DNA from: Candidatus Eiseniibacteriota bacterium
Lineage (GTDB): Bacteria > Eisenbacteria > RBG-16-71-46
Reading direction: 5' to 3'
Assembly: GCA_023249845.1 (NCBI GenBank)
Contig: JAHFBW010000003.1
Location: forward strand, 1-45,949
Length of the DNA stretch: 45,949 bases
Position 1 is the first letter of the stretch; every line of letters starts with the position of its first letter. A model generated the notes under the pieces. The model was not told the origin of the DNA, made no database searches, and worked only from the letters and a program-made list of their open reading frames with translations. The position numbers and the translations under genes are program-made. Positions 9,246-17,744 of the stretch are shown one piece after another.

Positions 9246-10237
9246 GCCCGCGTCGTTCGCCGCGCGCGGTGTCACTCCTCGCCGTCAAGGTGCTGGTGAG
9301 CGTGCTGCTGTTCGCGTGGGCCTTCCGCCGCGTGCGCTGGGACGCGATCGGGCCTGTGCTCGAGCACGCGGCGCCGTTCTGGATCGCGGCCGCCGCGATG
9401 CTGCTGCTCGCCAGTCACCTGCTCGCCTCGTACCAGTGGAGCCGGCTGCTGCGCGCCGCGGGCGTGAAGCTGCCGTTGTGGAAAGTCATCGCCTACTACC
9501 ACGTCGGATTGTTCTTCAACAATTTCCTGCCCGCGAACGTGGGCGGCGATCTCGCGCGCACCCTCGACATCGCGCGCTCGGGCTCGTCGCGGCCGACGGC
9601 GCTCGCCACCGTGCTGCTCGATCGCCTGATTGGCACCGTGGCGCTCGGGGTGGTGGCGGTCGTGAGCACGATCCCCGCGATCGATCATTTCCATCTCGCC
9701 GCCGCCTACGCCGGCGTGGTGACGTTCCTGGCAGCCGCAGTGCTCATGCTGCGCGCCGTACTCGAGCCGCGCGTTCTCGCCGCGCTCGACCGCGTGCTCG
9801 CCGCGATCGGCCTGTCGCGGCTGGCGCCGGCCCTGGACGAGCTGTCGGCGAGGCTCGCCGCGTTCCGCGGCAAGCGCCGGCTGTTGCTCGAACTGCTGTG
9901 CGTGGCGCTCGTCGTGCAGATCATGCGCATCGGCGTACACGTGCTGTTCGCGCGCGCGCTCGGGCTCCACGTGCCCGCGGCCTACTTCTTCCTTTTCGTG
10001 CCGCTGCTGGCGGTGATAGTCTCCCTGCCCATCTCATTGAACGGCATCGGGGTACGCGAAGGCGCCGGCATCCTCCTGTTCGGCCTCGTCGGGCTCGACA
10101 AGAGCAGTGCGTTCGCGCTCCAGTTCGGCACTTACCTCATCGCCGTGGGCGTCAGCCTGCTGGGCGGGCTGGTGTTCCTGGTGCGCATCCCGAGCCGTCG
10201 GGCGAAGGCCCGGAATCCACGGAGGTCCACCGAATGA
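9242..10237 (+). CDS. UPF0104 / lysyl-phosphatidylglycerol-synthase-TM-like membrane protein (flippase-like)
   Basis: Polytopic membrane protein with the family-typical block YHVGLFFNNFLPANVGGDLARTLDIAR. GTG 9242 overlaps the upstream stop (GTGA). Confidence 0.75.
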   Translation: MSPRRSPRAVSLLAVKVLVSVLLFAWAFRRVRWDAIGPVLEHAAPFWIAAAAMLLLASHLLASYQWSRLLRAAGVKLPLWKVIAYYHVGLFFNNFLPANVGGDLARTLDIARSGSSRPTALATVLLDRLIGTVALGVVAVVSTIPAIDHFHLAAAYAGVVTFLAAAVLMLRAVLEPRVLAALDRVLAAIGLSRLAPALDELSARLAAFRGKRRLLLELLCVALVVQIMRIGVHVLFARALGLHVPAAYFFLFVPLLAVIVSLPISLNGIGVREGAGILLFGLVGLDKSSAFALQFGTYLIAVGVSLLGGLVFLVRIPSRRAKARNPRRSTE

Positions 10238-12930
10238 TCCCGACCCAGCGCATGGCCGCGCTGATCTCGGTGCTCGTCTTCATCTTCGCTGCGGCTGTCT
10301 ACCTCCTCACGCTCACGCCCACCGTCCCGTTCTGGGACTCCGGCGAATACATCGCGGTGGCCACCATCCTCGGCGTACCCCACCCCCCGGGCACACCGTT
10401 CTACGTGCTGCTCGGTCGCATCGCGACGCTCGTGCCGTTGGGAAACATCGCGCAGCGCGTGAATGCCCTGTCAGCGATCCCGGCGGCGCTCGCGGTGATG
10501 TTCACCTACCTGTCGGCGCTCCGGCTCATCCGCCTATCACAGGGCTCCGATCGGAAGCCCTGGCACGAGGGCGTCGCGATCGCGGCCGCCGCGACGGGTG
10601 CGCTGCTGCTCGCGTTCTCGGACGCATTCTGGGAGAACTCGGTCGAGGCCGAGGTCTACCAGCTCATGAGCCTGGCGCAGATCCTGGTGTTCTGGCTCGG
10701 ATTGCGATGGTGGGAGGCGCACGACCGGAAGCCGACGGTAGGCCCGCTGCTGCTCGCAACCTACATCATGTGGCTGTGTGTCGGGCTTCACCTGGGCGTC
10801 GGCATCATGGGCGCGCCGCTGATCGTGCTCGTGTTCCTCGTGGACCGGCCGGTGGCGTTCCTGTTCCTGATGCCGTTCCTGACGTTGCTGCGCGTCCCGG
10901 CCGGGCTCGAGCACATGGCCGGGGCGGTCATCCTGCTGTCCGCGATCACGTCGGCGACCTTGGCCTGGCGCAAGAAGCTGAACGGGTGGGTGGCGCTCGC
11001 GGGCGCCGCGTTCTCGTTGCCCGGGCTCGGTGTCGCCAGCTCGGACGCGAACTTCACTCCAGGGCTGGCGTTGCTCACGCTGGCGGCGGTCGTGGGGCCC
11101 ATGGTGTGGCTCGCGCGCCGGCACCGGGAGGGCCGCGTGCTGCTGCTCGCGTTGTTCCTCATGGTCGCGGGCTACTCGACGCACCTCTACCTGCCGATCC
11201 GCGCCGCGCAGCACCCCGCCGTGAACGAGGGCGCGCCTGCGACGTGGGACAAGATGCGCGACCTGCTCGAACGCAAGCAGTACGGCGAGATGAACCCGTT
11301 CACGCGCCGCGCGCCGCTCGGCACCCAGCTCGACAAGGAGTTCTTCCGCTACTTCCGGCGACAGTGGACGCTCGTCGGCGCCGACGACTACCCGCGCCTC
11401 CAGCTGTCGCGCGCCGCGCACTTCGACGCGCAGCCGCCGACGTCCTGGTTCTGGAACCTCGTCCACAACCTGTGGCTCATGTTCCCACCCGGCGCGCTGT
11501 TGCCCTTGGCACTCGGCCTGCTCGGCGGGTGGTGGCAGCTGCAGCGGGAGAAGCGCTCGTTCATGTTCACGTTCTCGTTCCTGGGACTGTCCACGGTCGG
11601 CATGATCGTGTTCCTGAATTTCTCGGCGAGCGAGGTGCGCGATCGCGACTACTTCTTCCAGAGCGGATTCCACGCGTTCGCGCTGTGGATCGGGCTGGGC
11701 ACGGCCAGGCTCGTCCAGTGGGTACGCGATTCGTTCGAAGAAGGCGCCGGGCAGGGCCTCGCGACCGTCACGGCGAGCGGCCTGCTCGCGCTGCAGCCGC
11801 TCATGCTCATGACGAACCTGTGGCACATGCACGACCGAAGCGGCAACTACATCGCGCGCGACTACGCCTACAACATGCTGGCGACACTCAAGCCCAACTC
11901 ATTCATGTTCACGAACGGCGACAACGACACGTTCCCGCTCTGGTACATCCAGGAGGTCGAGGGGTTCCGCAAGGACGTGCGCATCGTGAACCTGAGTCTG
12001 CTCAACACGGACTGGTACATCCGGCAACTCCGCGACGACCAGCCGAAGGTGCCGATCACGCTCGACGACCGCACCATCGACATGCTCGGAGCCGGCGCGT
12101 TCCAGGACGACCAGGGGCGCATCATCTACACGAACGAGTTCATGGTGCACCACATGCTGGAGCAGGCGAAGCGCGACACCGGCTGGGTCAAGCAGCCGTA
12201 CTTTGCCGTCACCGTTCCGAACGACTTCGGTTTCAGCCCGTACTTCCGCCAGGAGGGCATCGTGCAGGAGGTCATGCGCGATAGCCTGCAGGGCGGCTTC
12301 GACGAACCCACCACGCACAAGGCGCTGTACGAGACGTTCCGCTATCGCGGCTTGATCACCGCCAACGGCTCGTGGGACCCGAACGTGTTCAAGGACGAGA
12401 ACGCGCAGAACCTGTCCAAGAACTACGCGTTCGCGCACATGCAGCTGGCGCTCCACTACCGGCGGCAGCGCGACTTCCCGCGCGCCATCGCCGAGATGGA
12501 GCGCGTCGAGCGTATGTTCCCGGAGTGGGTCGAGATCCAGCTCCCGTTGGGGGGCATCTACCTCTCGGCCGGCGATACGCTCAAGGCATGGCAGTTCTAC
12601 GACCGGCTGGCGGAGCGCGTGCCGATGAGCGCGGAGGCGCAGTATTACCGCGGCGCCTCGCTCGCGTATCGCGGCCGCAGTGAAGAGGCGCTCGGCGCGT
12701 TCCGCCGCTCGCGCCAGCTCGACCCGAACTACGCGTACCCGTACTTCGACGAGTTCGCCACGCTGTGGGAGATGGGCCAGCGCGAGGCCGCCGTTCAGGT
12801 GATGCAGCGCTGGGTTCAGCTGCATCCCAACGACCAGGAAGGCAAGGCCCGGCTGCAGGAGGCTCGACTCCGCCTGAGCGGCGGGAACGGCTCCTCGCCA
12901 CTGGGCACGCCACCGCCGAGACCGAACTGA
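10234..12930 (+). CDS. DUF2723 / TMEM260-like GT-C membrane glycosyltransferase with C-terminal TPR domain
   Basis: N-terminus LTLTPTVPFWDSGEYIAVATILGVPHPPGTPFY is the DUF2723 hallmark (acidic D..E in the first outer loop). Many TM helices follow. The C-terminal roughly 200 aa contain TPR-like repeats (..AIAEMERVERMFPEW.., ..EALGAFRRSRQLDPNYAYPY..). ATG 10234 has GGAGG 9 nt upstream and an ATGA overlap. Confidence 0.8.
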   Translation: MIPTQRMAALISVLVFIFAAAVYLLTLTPTVPFWDSGEYIAVATILGVPHPPGTPFYVLLGRIATLVPLGNIAQRVNALSAIPAALAVMFTYLSALRLIRLSQGSDRKPWHEGVAIAAAATGALLLAFSDAFWENSVEAEVYQLMSLAQILVFWLGLRWWEAHDRKPTVGPLLLATYIMWLCVGLHLGVGIMGAPLIVLVFLVDRPVAFLFLMPFLTLLRVPAGLEHMAGAVILLSAITSATLAWRKKLNGWVALAGAAFSLPGLGVASSDANFTPGLALLTLAAVVGPMVWLARRHREGRVLLLALFLMVAGYSTHLYLPIRAAQHPAVNEGAPATWDKMRDLLERKQYGEMNPFTRRAPLGTQLDKEFFRYFRRQWTLVGADDYPRLQLSRAAHFDAQPPTSWFWNLVHNLWLMFPPGALLPLALGLLGGWWQLQREKRSFMFTFSFLGLSTVGMIVFLNFSASEVRDRDYFFQSGFHAFALWIGLGTARLVQWVRDSFEEGAGQGLATVTASGLLALQPLMLMTNLWHMHDRSGNYIARDYAYNMLATLKPNSFMFTNGDNDTFPLWYIQEVEGFRKDVRIVNLSLLNTDWYIRQLRDDQPKVPITLDDRTIDMLGAGAFQDDQGRIIYTNEFMVHHMLEQAKRDTGWVKQPYFAVTVPNDFGFSPYFRQEGIVQEVMRDSLQGGFDEPTTHKALYETFRYRGLITANGSWDPNVFKDENAQNLSKNYAFAHMQLALHYRRQRDFPRAIAEMERVERMFPEWVEIQLPLGGIYLSAGDTLKAWQFYDRLAERVPMSAEAQYYRGASLAYRGRSEEALGAFRRSRQLDPNYAYPYFDEFATLWEMGQREAAVQVMQRWVQLHPNDQEGKARLQEARLRLSGGNGSSPLGTPPPRPN

Positions 12931-12943
12931 GGAGACAGGCCGC

Positions 12944-13894
12944 ATGACGCACGCACTCGTCACCGGGTCCGCGGGATTCATCGGTTCGACGCTCACCGAC
13001 CGGCTGCTCGCCGACGGCGTCCGCGTCACCGGCGTGGACCTGTTCACGGACTACTACGACCAGGCGCTCAAGCGACGCAACCTTGAGGGTGCTGCGAAGC
13101 ACGCGAACTTCTCACTGCTCGAGCTGGACCTGGGCGAGGCCGATCTCTCGCGCCTGCCCGACGTGGACGTGGTCTTCCACCAGGCCGCGCAGCCCGGCGT
13201 GCGCGCATCGTGGGGACGGGAGTTCGCGGCCTACACGCACCACAACGTGCTCGCCACACAGCGGCTTCTCGAACGCTACAAGCAGACCAAGCTCGAGCGG
13301 TTCGTGTATGCATCGTCCTCGAGTGTCTACGGCGACGCCGAGAGCTACCCGACGAGCGAGACCGTGCTGCCGCGCCCGTTCTCGCCCTACGGCGTCACGA
13401 AACTCGCGGGCGAGCACCTGACACTGCTCTATGGCCGCAACTTCGGATTGCCCGTCGCGGCGCTTCGCTACTTCACCGTCTACGGGCCGCGCCAGCGACC
13501 GGACATGGCGTTCCATCGCTTCTGCCGCGCCATGCTCGCGGGCGAGCCGATCACCGTGTACGGGGACGGCCGCCAGTCGCGCGACTTCACGTTCGTCGCT
13601 GACGCCATCGAGGCGAACGTACGCGCCTGGAAGGGCGCGAAGCCGCAAGGCGTCTACAACATCGGGGGCGGCTCGCAGGTCGAGGTCATGGAGGCTATTG
13701 CCCTGCTGGAAAAGAGCTTGGAGGTGAAGGCTCGCGTGAACTTCGAACCTCGGCCCGCGGGGGATCCGTTGCGCACGCGCGCCGACGCCTCGCGGCTCGC
13801 GCAAGACCTCGGCTACCGGACGACCGTGGGGATCGCGGACGGACTCGCCGCCGAGGCCGAGTGGGCGCGCTCTTTGTATGGGCGGGTTCGATGA
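12944..13894 (+). CDS. NAD-dependent epimerase/dehydratase, UDP-glucuronate 4-epimerase-like SDR
   Basis: VTGSAGFIGS Rossmann motif, DYYD..LKRRNL, ASSSSVYGD, catalytic YGVTKLAGE, and FTVYGPRQRPDMAF typical of the uronate 4-epimerase subgroup. Confidence 0.85.
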   Translation: MTHALVTGSAGFIGSTLTDRLLADGVRVTGVDLFTDYYDQALKRRNLEGAAKHANFSLLELDLGEADLSRLPDVDVVFHQAAQPGVRASWGREFAAYTHHNVLATQRLLERYKQTKLERFVYASSSSVYGDAESYPTSETVLPRPFSPYGVTKLAGEHLTLLYGRNFGLPVAALRYFTVYGPRQRPDMAFHRFCRAMLAGEPITVYGDGRQSRDFTFVADAIEANVRAWKGAKPQGVYNIGGGSQVEVMEAIALLEKSLEVKARVNFEPRPAGDPLRTRADASRLAQDLGYRTTVGIADGLAAEAEWARSLYGRVR

Positions 13895-14856
13895 GCGAGA
13901 TGACGGCCCGCGGAAGCAGCGATCCGCGTCTGTCCGTCGTCGTGCCGGCGTACAACGAGGCGGAGAGCCTTCCCGAGCTGCACCGCGAGTTGCTCGAGGC
14001 CTTGAACGCGCTCGGCATGAGCTGGGAGATCCTCTACGTGGACGACGGTTCGCGTGATGGAAGCGACCGCGTCATCGAGGACCTGTGCCGCTCGGAGCCG
14101 CGCGCGCGCGGCATCCTGCTATCGCGGAACTTCGGCAAGAGCGCAGCACTTGCGACCGGGTTCCAGGCGGTGCGCGGCGAGTTCGTGTGCACGCTCGACG
14201 CGGACCTCCAGGACGACCCACATGAGATGCCGCGCCTGTTCGCGGCGCTCGAGGGCGGGCTCGACCTGGTCTCGGGCTGGAAGCAGAAGCGCCGCGATCC
14301 GGTCACGAAGCGCTGGCCCAGCAAGCTGTTCAACAGGGTCACGAGCATGGTCGCCGGCGTGCGGCTGCACGACTTCAACTGTGGCTACAAGCTCTACCGC
14401 CGCGAGGTCGTGGACGCGCTCGAGGTGTACGGCGAGTTGCACCGCTTCCTGCCCGCGCTCGCGCATTGGCGAGGGTTCCGCGTCGGCGAAGTGGGAGTGA
14501 ACCATCGCGCTCGCCGATTCGGCCAGTCCAAGTTCGGTGCGGCGCGATTCGTGAACGGATTCCTCGACCTCCTGACCGCCGCGTTCATCTCCACGTCCGC
14601 ATTGAAGCCGCTGCACGTGTTCGGTCGCATCGGGCTCGGATTCTTCCTGCTCGGTAGCGGCCTCGCGGTGTGGTTCGTCGTGCAGTGGCTGCAGGGCGAG
14701 CCGCTGCGCGTCCGCCCGCTCATGCTGGCCGGTGCGGCGTGCGTGCTGCTCGGCATCCAGTTCATCCTGATGGGGCTCCTGGGCGAGATGATCGCGCACC
14801 AGTCCGCTCGCGACGAATATCCGGTGCGCCGCCGGTTCAACCTCGACCGTTCATGA
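13891..14856 (+). CDS. GT2 polyprenol-phosphate glycosyltransferase (GtrB/ArnC/CsbB-like, membrane-anchored)
   Basis: LSVVVPAYNEAESL, YVDDGSRDGS and LDADLQDDP are GT-A DXD blocks. The C-terminus carries two TM helices (..HVFGRIGLGFFLLGSGLAVWFVV.., ..LMLAGAACVLLGIQFILMGLLGEMI), as in GtrB/ArnC. ATGA overlap. Confidence 0.85.
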   Translation: MSEMTARGSSDPRLSVVVPAYNEAESLPELHRELLEALNALGMSWEILYVDDGSRDGSDRVIEDLCRSEPRARGILLSRNFGKSAALATGFQAVRGEFVCTLDADLQDDPHEMPRLFAALEGGLDLVSGWKQKRRDPVTKRWPSKLFNRVTSMVAGVRLHDFNCGYKLYRREVVDALEVYGELHRFLPALAHWRGFRVGEVGVNHRARRFGQSKFGAARFVNGFLDLLTAAFISTSALKPLHVFGRIGLGFFLLGSGLAVWFVVQWLQGEPLRVRPLMLAGAACVLLGIQFILMGLLGEMIAHQSARDEYPVRRRFNLDRS

Positions 14857-15542
14857 AGGCGTTCGTCCTTGCCGGCGGGCTCGGGACGCGGTTGAAGCCG
14901 CGCTTCGGTGATCTGCCGAAGTCGCTGGCACCGCTCGGCGGTAAACCGTTCCTCGTGCGCCAGCTGGAATGGCTCGCGGGCCACGGCGTCCATGACGCCG
15001 TGCTGCTCGCCGGCCATGGCGCAGACTCGCTGCGCGAGCTGCTCGGCACGCGCGTCGCGGGCGTGTCGCTCGAATGGTCGGTGGAGGAGCAGCCGCTCGG
15101 TACAGGGGGCGCGCTCAAGCTGGCGTCTCGCTTCGTGGACGGGCCCGCGTGGGTCTTGAACGGCGACACGCTCGCCGAGGGCGACCCGTGGGCGCTCGAG
15201 CGCGACCGCTGGGAGGCGGGTGCCACGGGCGCCGTGGCGCTCTACCATGTGGCCGATGCGCGCTCGCGCGGCCGCGTCGAGCTGAGCGACGACGGTCTCC
15301 TCTCGCGATTCGTCGAGAAGGACGATCACTGGGCGGGTGCTGCGTGGGTGAACGGCGGCGCCTATGCGTTCCTACCGGCGCTCTGGCGCGAGCTCCCGGA
15401 GGGCGCGTCGTCGCTCGAGCGCGACGTGCTGCCGCGACTCGCGGCGCGCGGCCGCCTCGTGGGCCGGCGCTGCCCGGGGCGGTTCTGGGACATCGGCACG
15501 CCCGAGGACTGGGAACGCGCCGAGCGGGAGCTCGCGCGATGA
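14853..15542 (+). CDS. Sugar-1-phosphate nucleotidyltransferase (HddC-like)
   Basis: N-terminal MKAFVLAGGLGTRLKP..PKSLAPLGGKPFL pyrophosphorylase signature. About 230 aa. ATGA overlaps on both sides. Confidence 0.8.
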   Translation: MKAFVLAGGLGTRLKPRFGDLPKSLAPLGGKPFLVRQLEWLAGHGVHDAVLLAGHGADSLRELLGTRVAGVSLEWSVEEQPLGTGGALKLASRFVDGPAWVLNGDTLAEGDPWALERDRWEAGATGAVALYHVADARSRGRVELSDDGLLSRFVEKDDHWAGAAWVNGGAYAFLPALWRELPEGASSLERDVLPRLAARGRLVGRRCPGRFWDIGTPEDWERAERELAR

Positions 15543-16570
15543 AGCCGGTGATCCGCTACTACCGGGCGCGCGCTCCGCTGCGGCTGTCGTTCTGCGGCGG
15601 CGGGACCGACGTATCGCCCTATCCCGAGGAGCATGGGGGTTGCGTGCTCTCGGCGACGATCAATCACTACGCGTACGCCTCGCTCCGTCCCCGCCGCGAC
15701 CCGAAACTCACGCTGGCGTCACTCGACTACGACGTGGTGGCGAAGTACGAGCACGCTCGCCGCGTGAAGTTCGACGGTCAGCTGGATCTGCTCAAAGCCG
15801 CGATTCGTGCGCTGAAGGTGCGTCGTGGCGCTGACCTGTGGACGCACTCCGATGCACCGCCCGGGTCGGGGCTTGGCGCGTCGAGCACGCTCATGGTGGC
15901 GCTGCTCGCCGTGCTGCGCGAATGGCTCAAGTTGGATCTCTCGCCCTACGACCTCGCCGAGCTGGCCTACCGGGTGGAACGCGTGGACCTGAAACTCGCG
16001 GGCGGGCGGCAGGACCAGTACGCGGCGTCGTTCGGCGGATTCAACTTCATCGAATTCGGCCGCGACGGCACGGTGGTGACGCCGCTCCGGCTGCGCCGCG
16101 ACACGCTCGAGGAGCTCGAATACCGGCTGCTGCTCTGCTACATGGGGCAGACGCGGCAGAGCGCGCACATCATCGAGCGGCAGACGAAGAGCTATCGGGC
16201 CGGGCGCTCCGCCACGGTGAAGGCGCTGCACGCGCTCAAGCTCCAGACCGCCGAGATGAAGCGCGCATTGCTGCTCGGTCACGTGGACGGATTCGGCGAA
16301 CTCCTGCACGCGGCCTGGCTGCACAAGAAACAGCTGGCCGAGGGCATCTCGACGCCGCAGGTGGACAAGATGTATGCCGTCGCCAGGCGCGAGGGCGCTC
16401 TCGGCGGCAAGATGACGGGCGCCGGCGGCGGCGGCTACTTCCTGTTCCTCACGCGCTTCGACCGGCGCCACCGCGTGGCCGCGGCGCTCGAGAAGCTGGG
16501 CGGGCAGGTCGTGCCGTTCCAGTTCGAGCCGCGCGGCGTGCAGTCGTGGCCGGTGGCGCGCGAGCGCTGA
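15539..16570 (+). CDS. GHMP-family sugar kinase (HddA-like, D-glycero-D-manno-heptose-7-phosphate kinase type)
   Basis: RAPLRLSFCGGGTDVSPYPEEHGGCVLSATINHYAY and GHMP motif PPGSGLGASSTLMVALL. A late GAGGGGY block is also present. Confidence 0.8.
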   Translation: MKPVIRYYRARAPLRLSFCGGGTDVSPYPEEHGGCVLSATINHYAYASLRPRRDPKLTLASLDYDVVAKYEHARRVKFDGQLDLLKAAIRALKVRRGADLWTHSDAPPGSGLGASSTLMVALLAVLREWLKLDLSPYDLAELAYRVERVDLKLAGGRQDQYAASFGGFNFIEFGRDGTVVTPLRLRRDTLEELEYRLLLCYMGQTRQSAHIIERQTKSYRAGRSATVKALHALKLQTAEMKRALLLGHVDGFGELLHAAWLHKKQLAEGISTPQVDKMYAVARREGALGGKMTGAGGGGYFLFLTRFDRRHRVAAALEKLGGQVVPFQFEPRGVQSWPVARER

Positions 16571-16580
16571 GCCGCGCCGC

Positions 16581-17744
16581 ATGAGCGAAGCGGCCACGCC
16601 GCGAGCGCGACGGCTCGGACTCGTGGGCCCGCTCCACCCGTGGCGGGGAGGACTGGCCCAGTACCTGCAGCTGTTGGGCGAGGCGCTCGAGCGGCACGCC
16701 GAGGTGCGCGCCGTGACGTTCACGCGTCAGTACCCGGGCTTCCTGTTCCCCGGCACGAGCCAGTTCGATCCCGACACGCCGCGCCCGCGTTTCCCGACGG
16801 CGGCGTTGCTCGATTCGATCGGACCGCTGAGCTGGCGCCGAAGTGCCGCGCACCTCGAGCGGTGGGCGCCCGGCGCCGTGGTGCTCAAGTGGTGGATGCC
16901 GTTCTTCGCGCCGTCGTTCGCGAGCACGGTGGGTCCACTCCGCCGGCGAGGCACTCGCGTCGTGCTCGTGTGCGACAATCTCCTACCGCATGAGCCCCGC
17001 TTCTACGACCGCGCGTTCTCGGACTGGATGATGCGCAACTCCGACGGCTACCTCGTCATGAGCGACTCAGTGGAGCGCGACCTCGAAACGCTGAAGCCCG
17101 GTGCGCCGCGGCGCCGCGTCCCGCACCCGTTCTACGCACAGTTCGATCGCGGTCGCTGGACGCGCGAGACCGCGCGCCAGTCGCTGAATCTCTCGGGCGA
17201 CGTGGCACTGTTCTTCGGCTACGTGCGCCACTACAAGGGACTCGACACGCTGCTCACCGCGTGGAAACAGGTGCGCGCCGAACGCCCCGCCGCCACGCTC
17301 GTCGTGGCGGGGGAGTTCTACGAGAAGCCCGAGCCCTACGAGGCCCTCGCCCAGGCAGCGGGTGGCGTTCGGATCCTGAACCGCTACATCGCCGACGTCG
17401 AGGTGGAAGCGCTGTTCCGCGCCGCTGACGTGACCGTGTTGCCCTACCGCTCGGCGACCCAGAGCGGTGTGACACATGTGGCATACGCGCTCGGATCCCC
17501 GGTCATCGCGACGCGCACCGGCGGCATCACGGAGACCGTGCGCGACGGCGAGACTGGTCTCATCTGTCCGCCCGAGGATCCCGAGGCGCTGGCGGCGACC
17601 GTGGTGCGGTTCTTCGCCGAGGGCCTGGGCGAGCATATGGCGGCGCCGATCGCGGCGCTGCGCCGGGAACACTCGTGGGAGGCCCTCGCACGCTCGACGA
17701 TCTCGCTCGTGGACGAGCTCGCGCCGACGCGGGGCTGGGCGTGA
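16581..17744 (+). CDS. Glycosyltransferase family 4 (GT-B)
   Basis: C-terminal domain ..LFFGYVRHYKGLD..VVAGE..TVLPYRSATQSGVTHVAYALGSPVIATRTGGITETVRDGETGLI. Confidence 0.8.
   Translation: MSEAATPRARRLGLVGPLHPWRGGLAQYLQLLGEALERHAEVRAVTFTRQYPGFLFPGTSQFDPDTPRPRFPTAALLDSIGPLSWRRSAAHLERWAPGAVVLKWWMPFFAPSFASTVGPLRRRGTRVVLVCDNLLPHEPRFYDRAFSDWMMRNSDGYLVMSDSVERDLETLKPGAPRRRVPHPFYAQFDRGRWTRETARQSLNLSGDVALFFGYVRHYKGLDTLLTAWKQVRAERPAATLVVAGEFYEKPEPYEALAQAAGGVRILNRYIADVEVEALFRAADVTVLPYRSATQSGVTHVAYALGSPVIATRTGGITETVRDGETGLICPPEDPEALAATVVRFFAEGLGEHMAAPIAALRREHSWEALARSTISLVDELAPTRGWA

Noticed and set aside
9106-12930. Long N-terminal extensions of real genes in the ORF track (e.g. 9106, 31829, 27568, 21384, 24667, 19692, 15074, 6180, 3556, 4314).
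   Set aside because: The extensions overlap the preceding, well-supported gene in another frame and are Arg/Ala/Pro-rich. In each case a start codon (ATG, GTG or TTG) sits at the upstream stop in an ATGA/GTGA-type overlap or behind a GGAGG-like site, and the recognisable protein N-terminus begins there.
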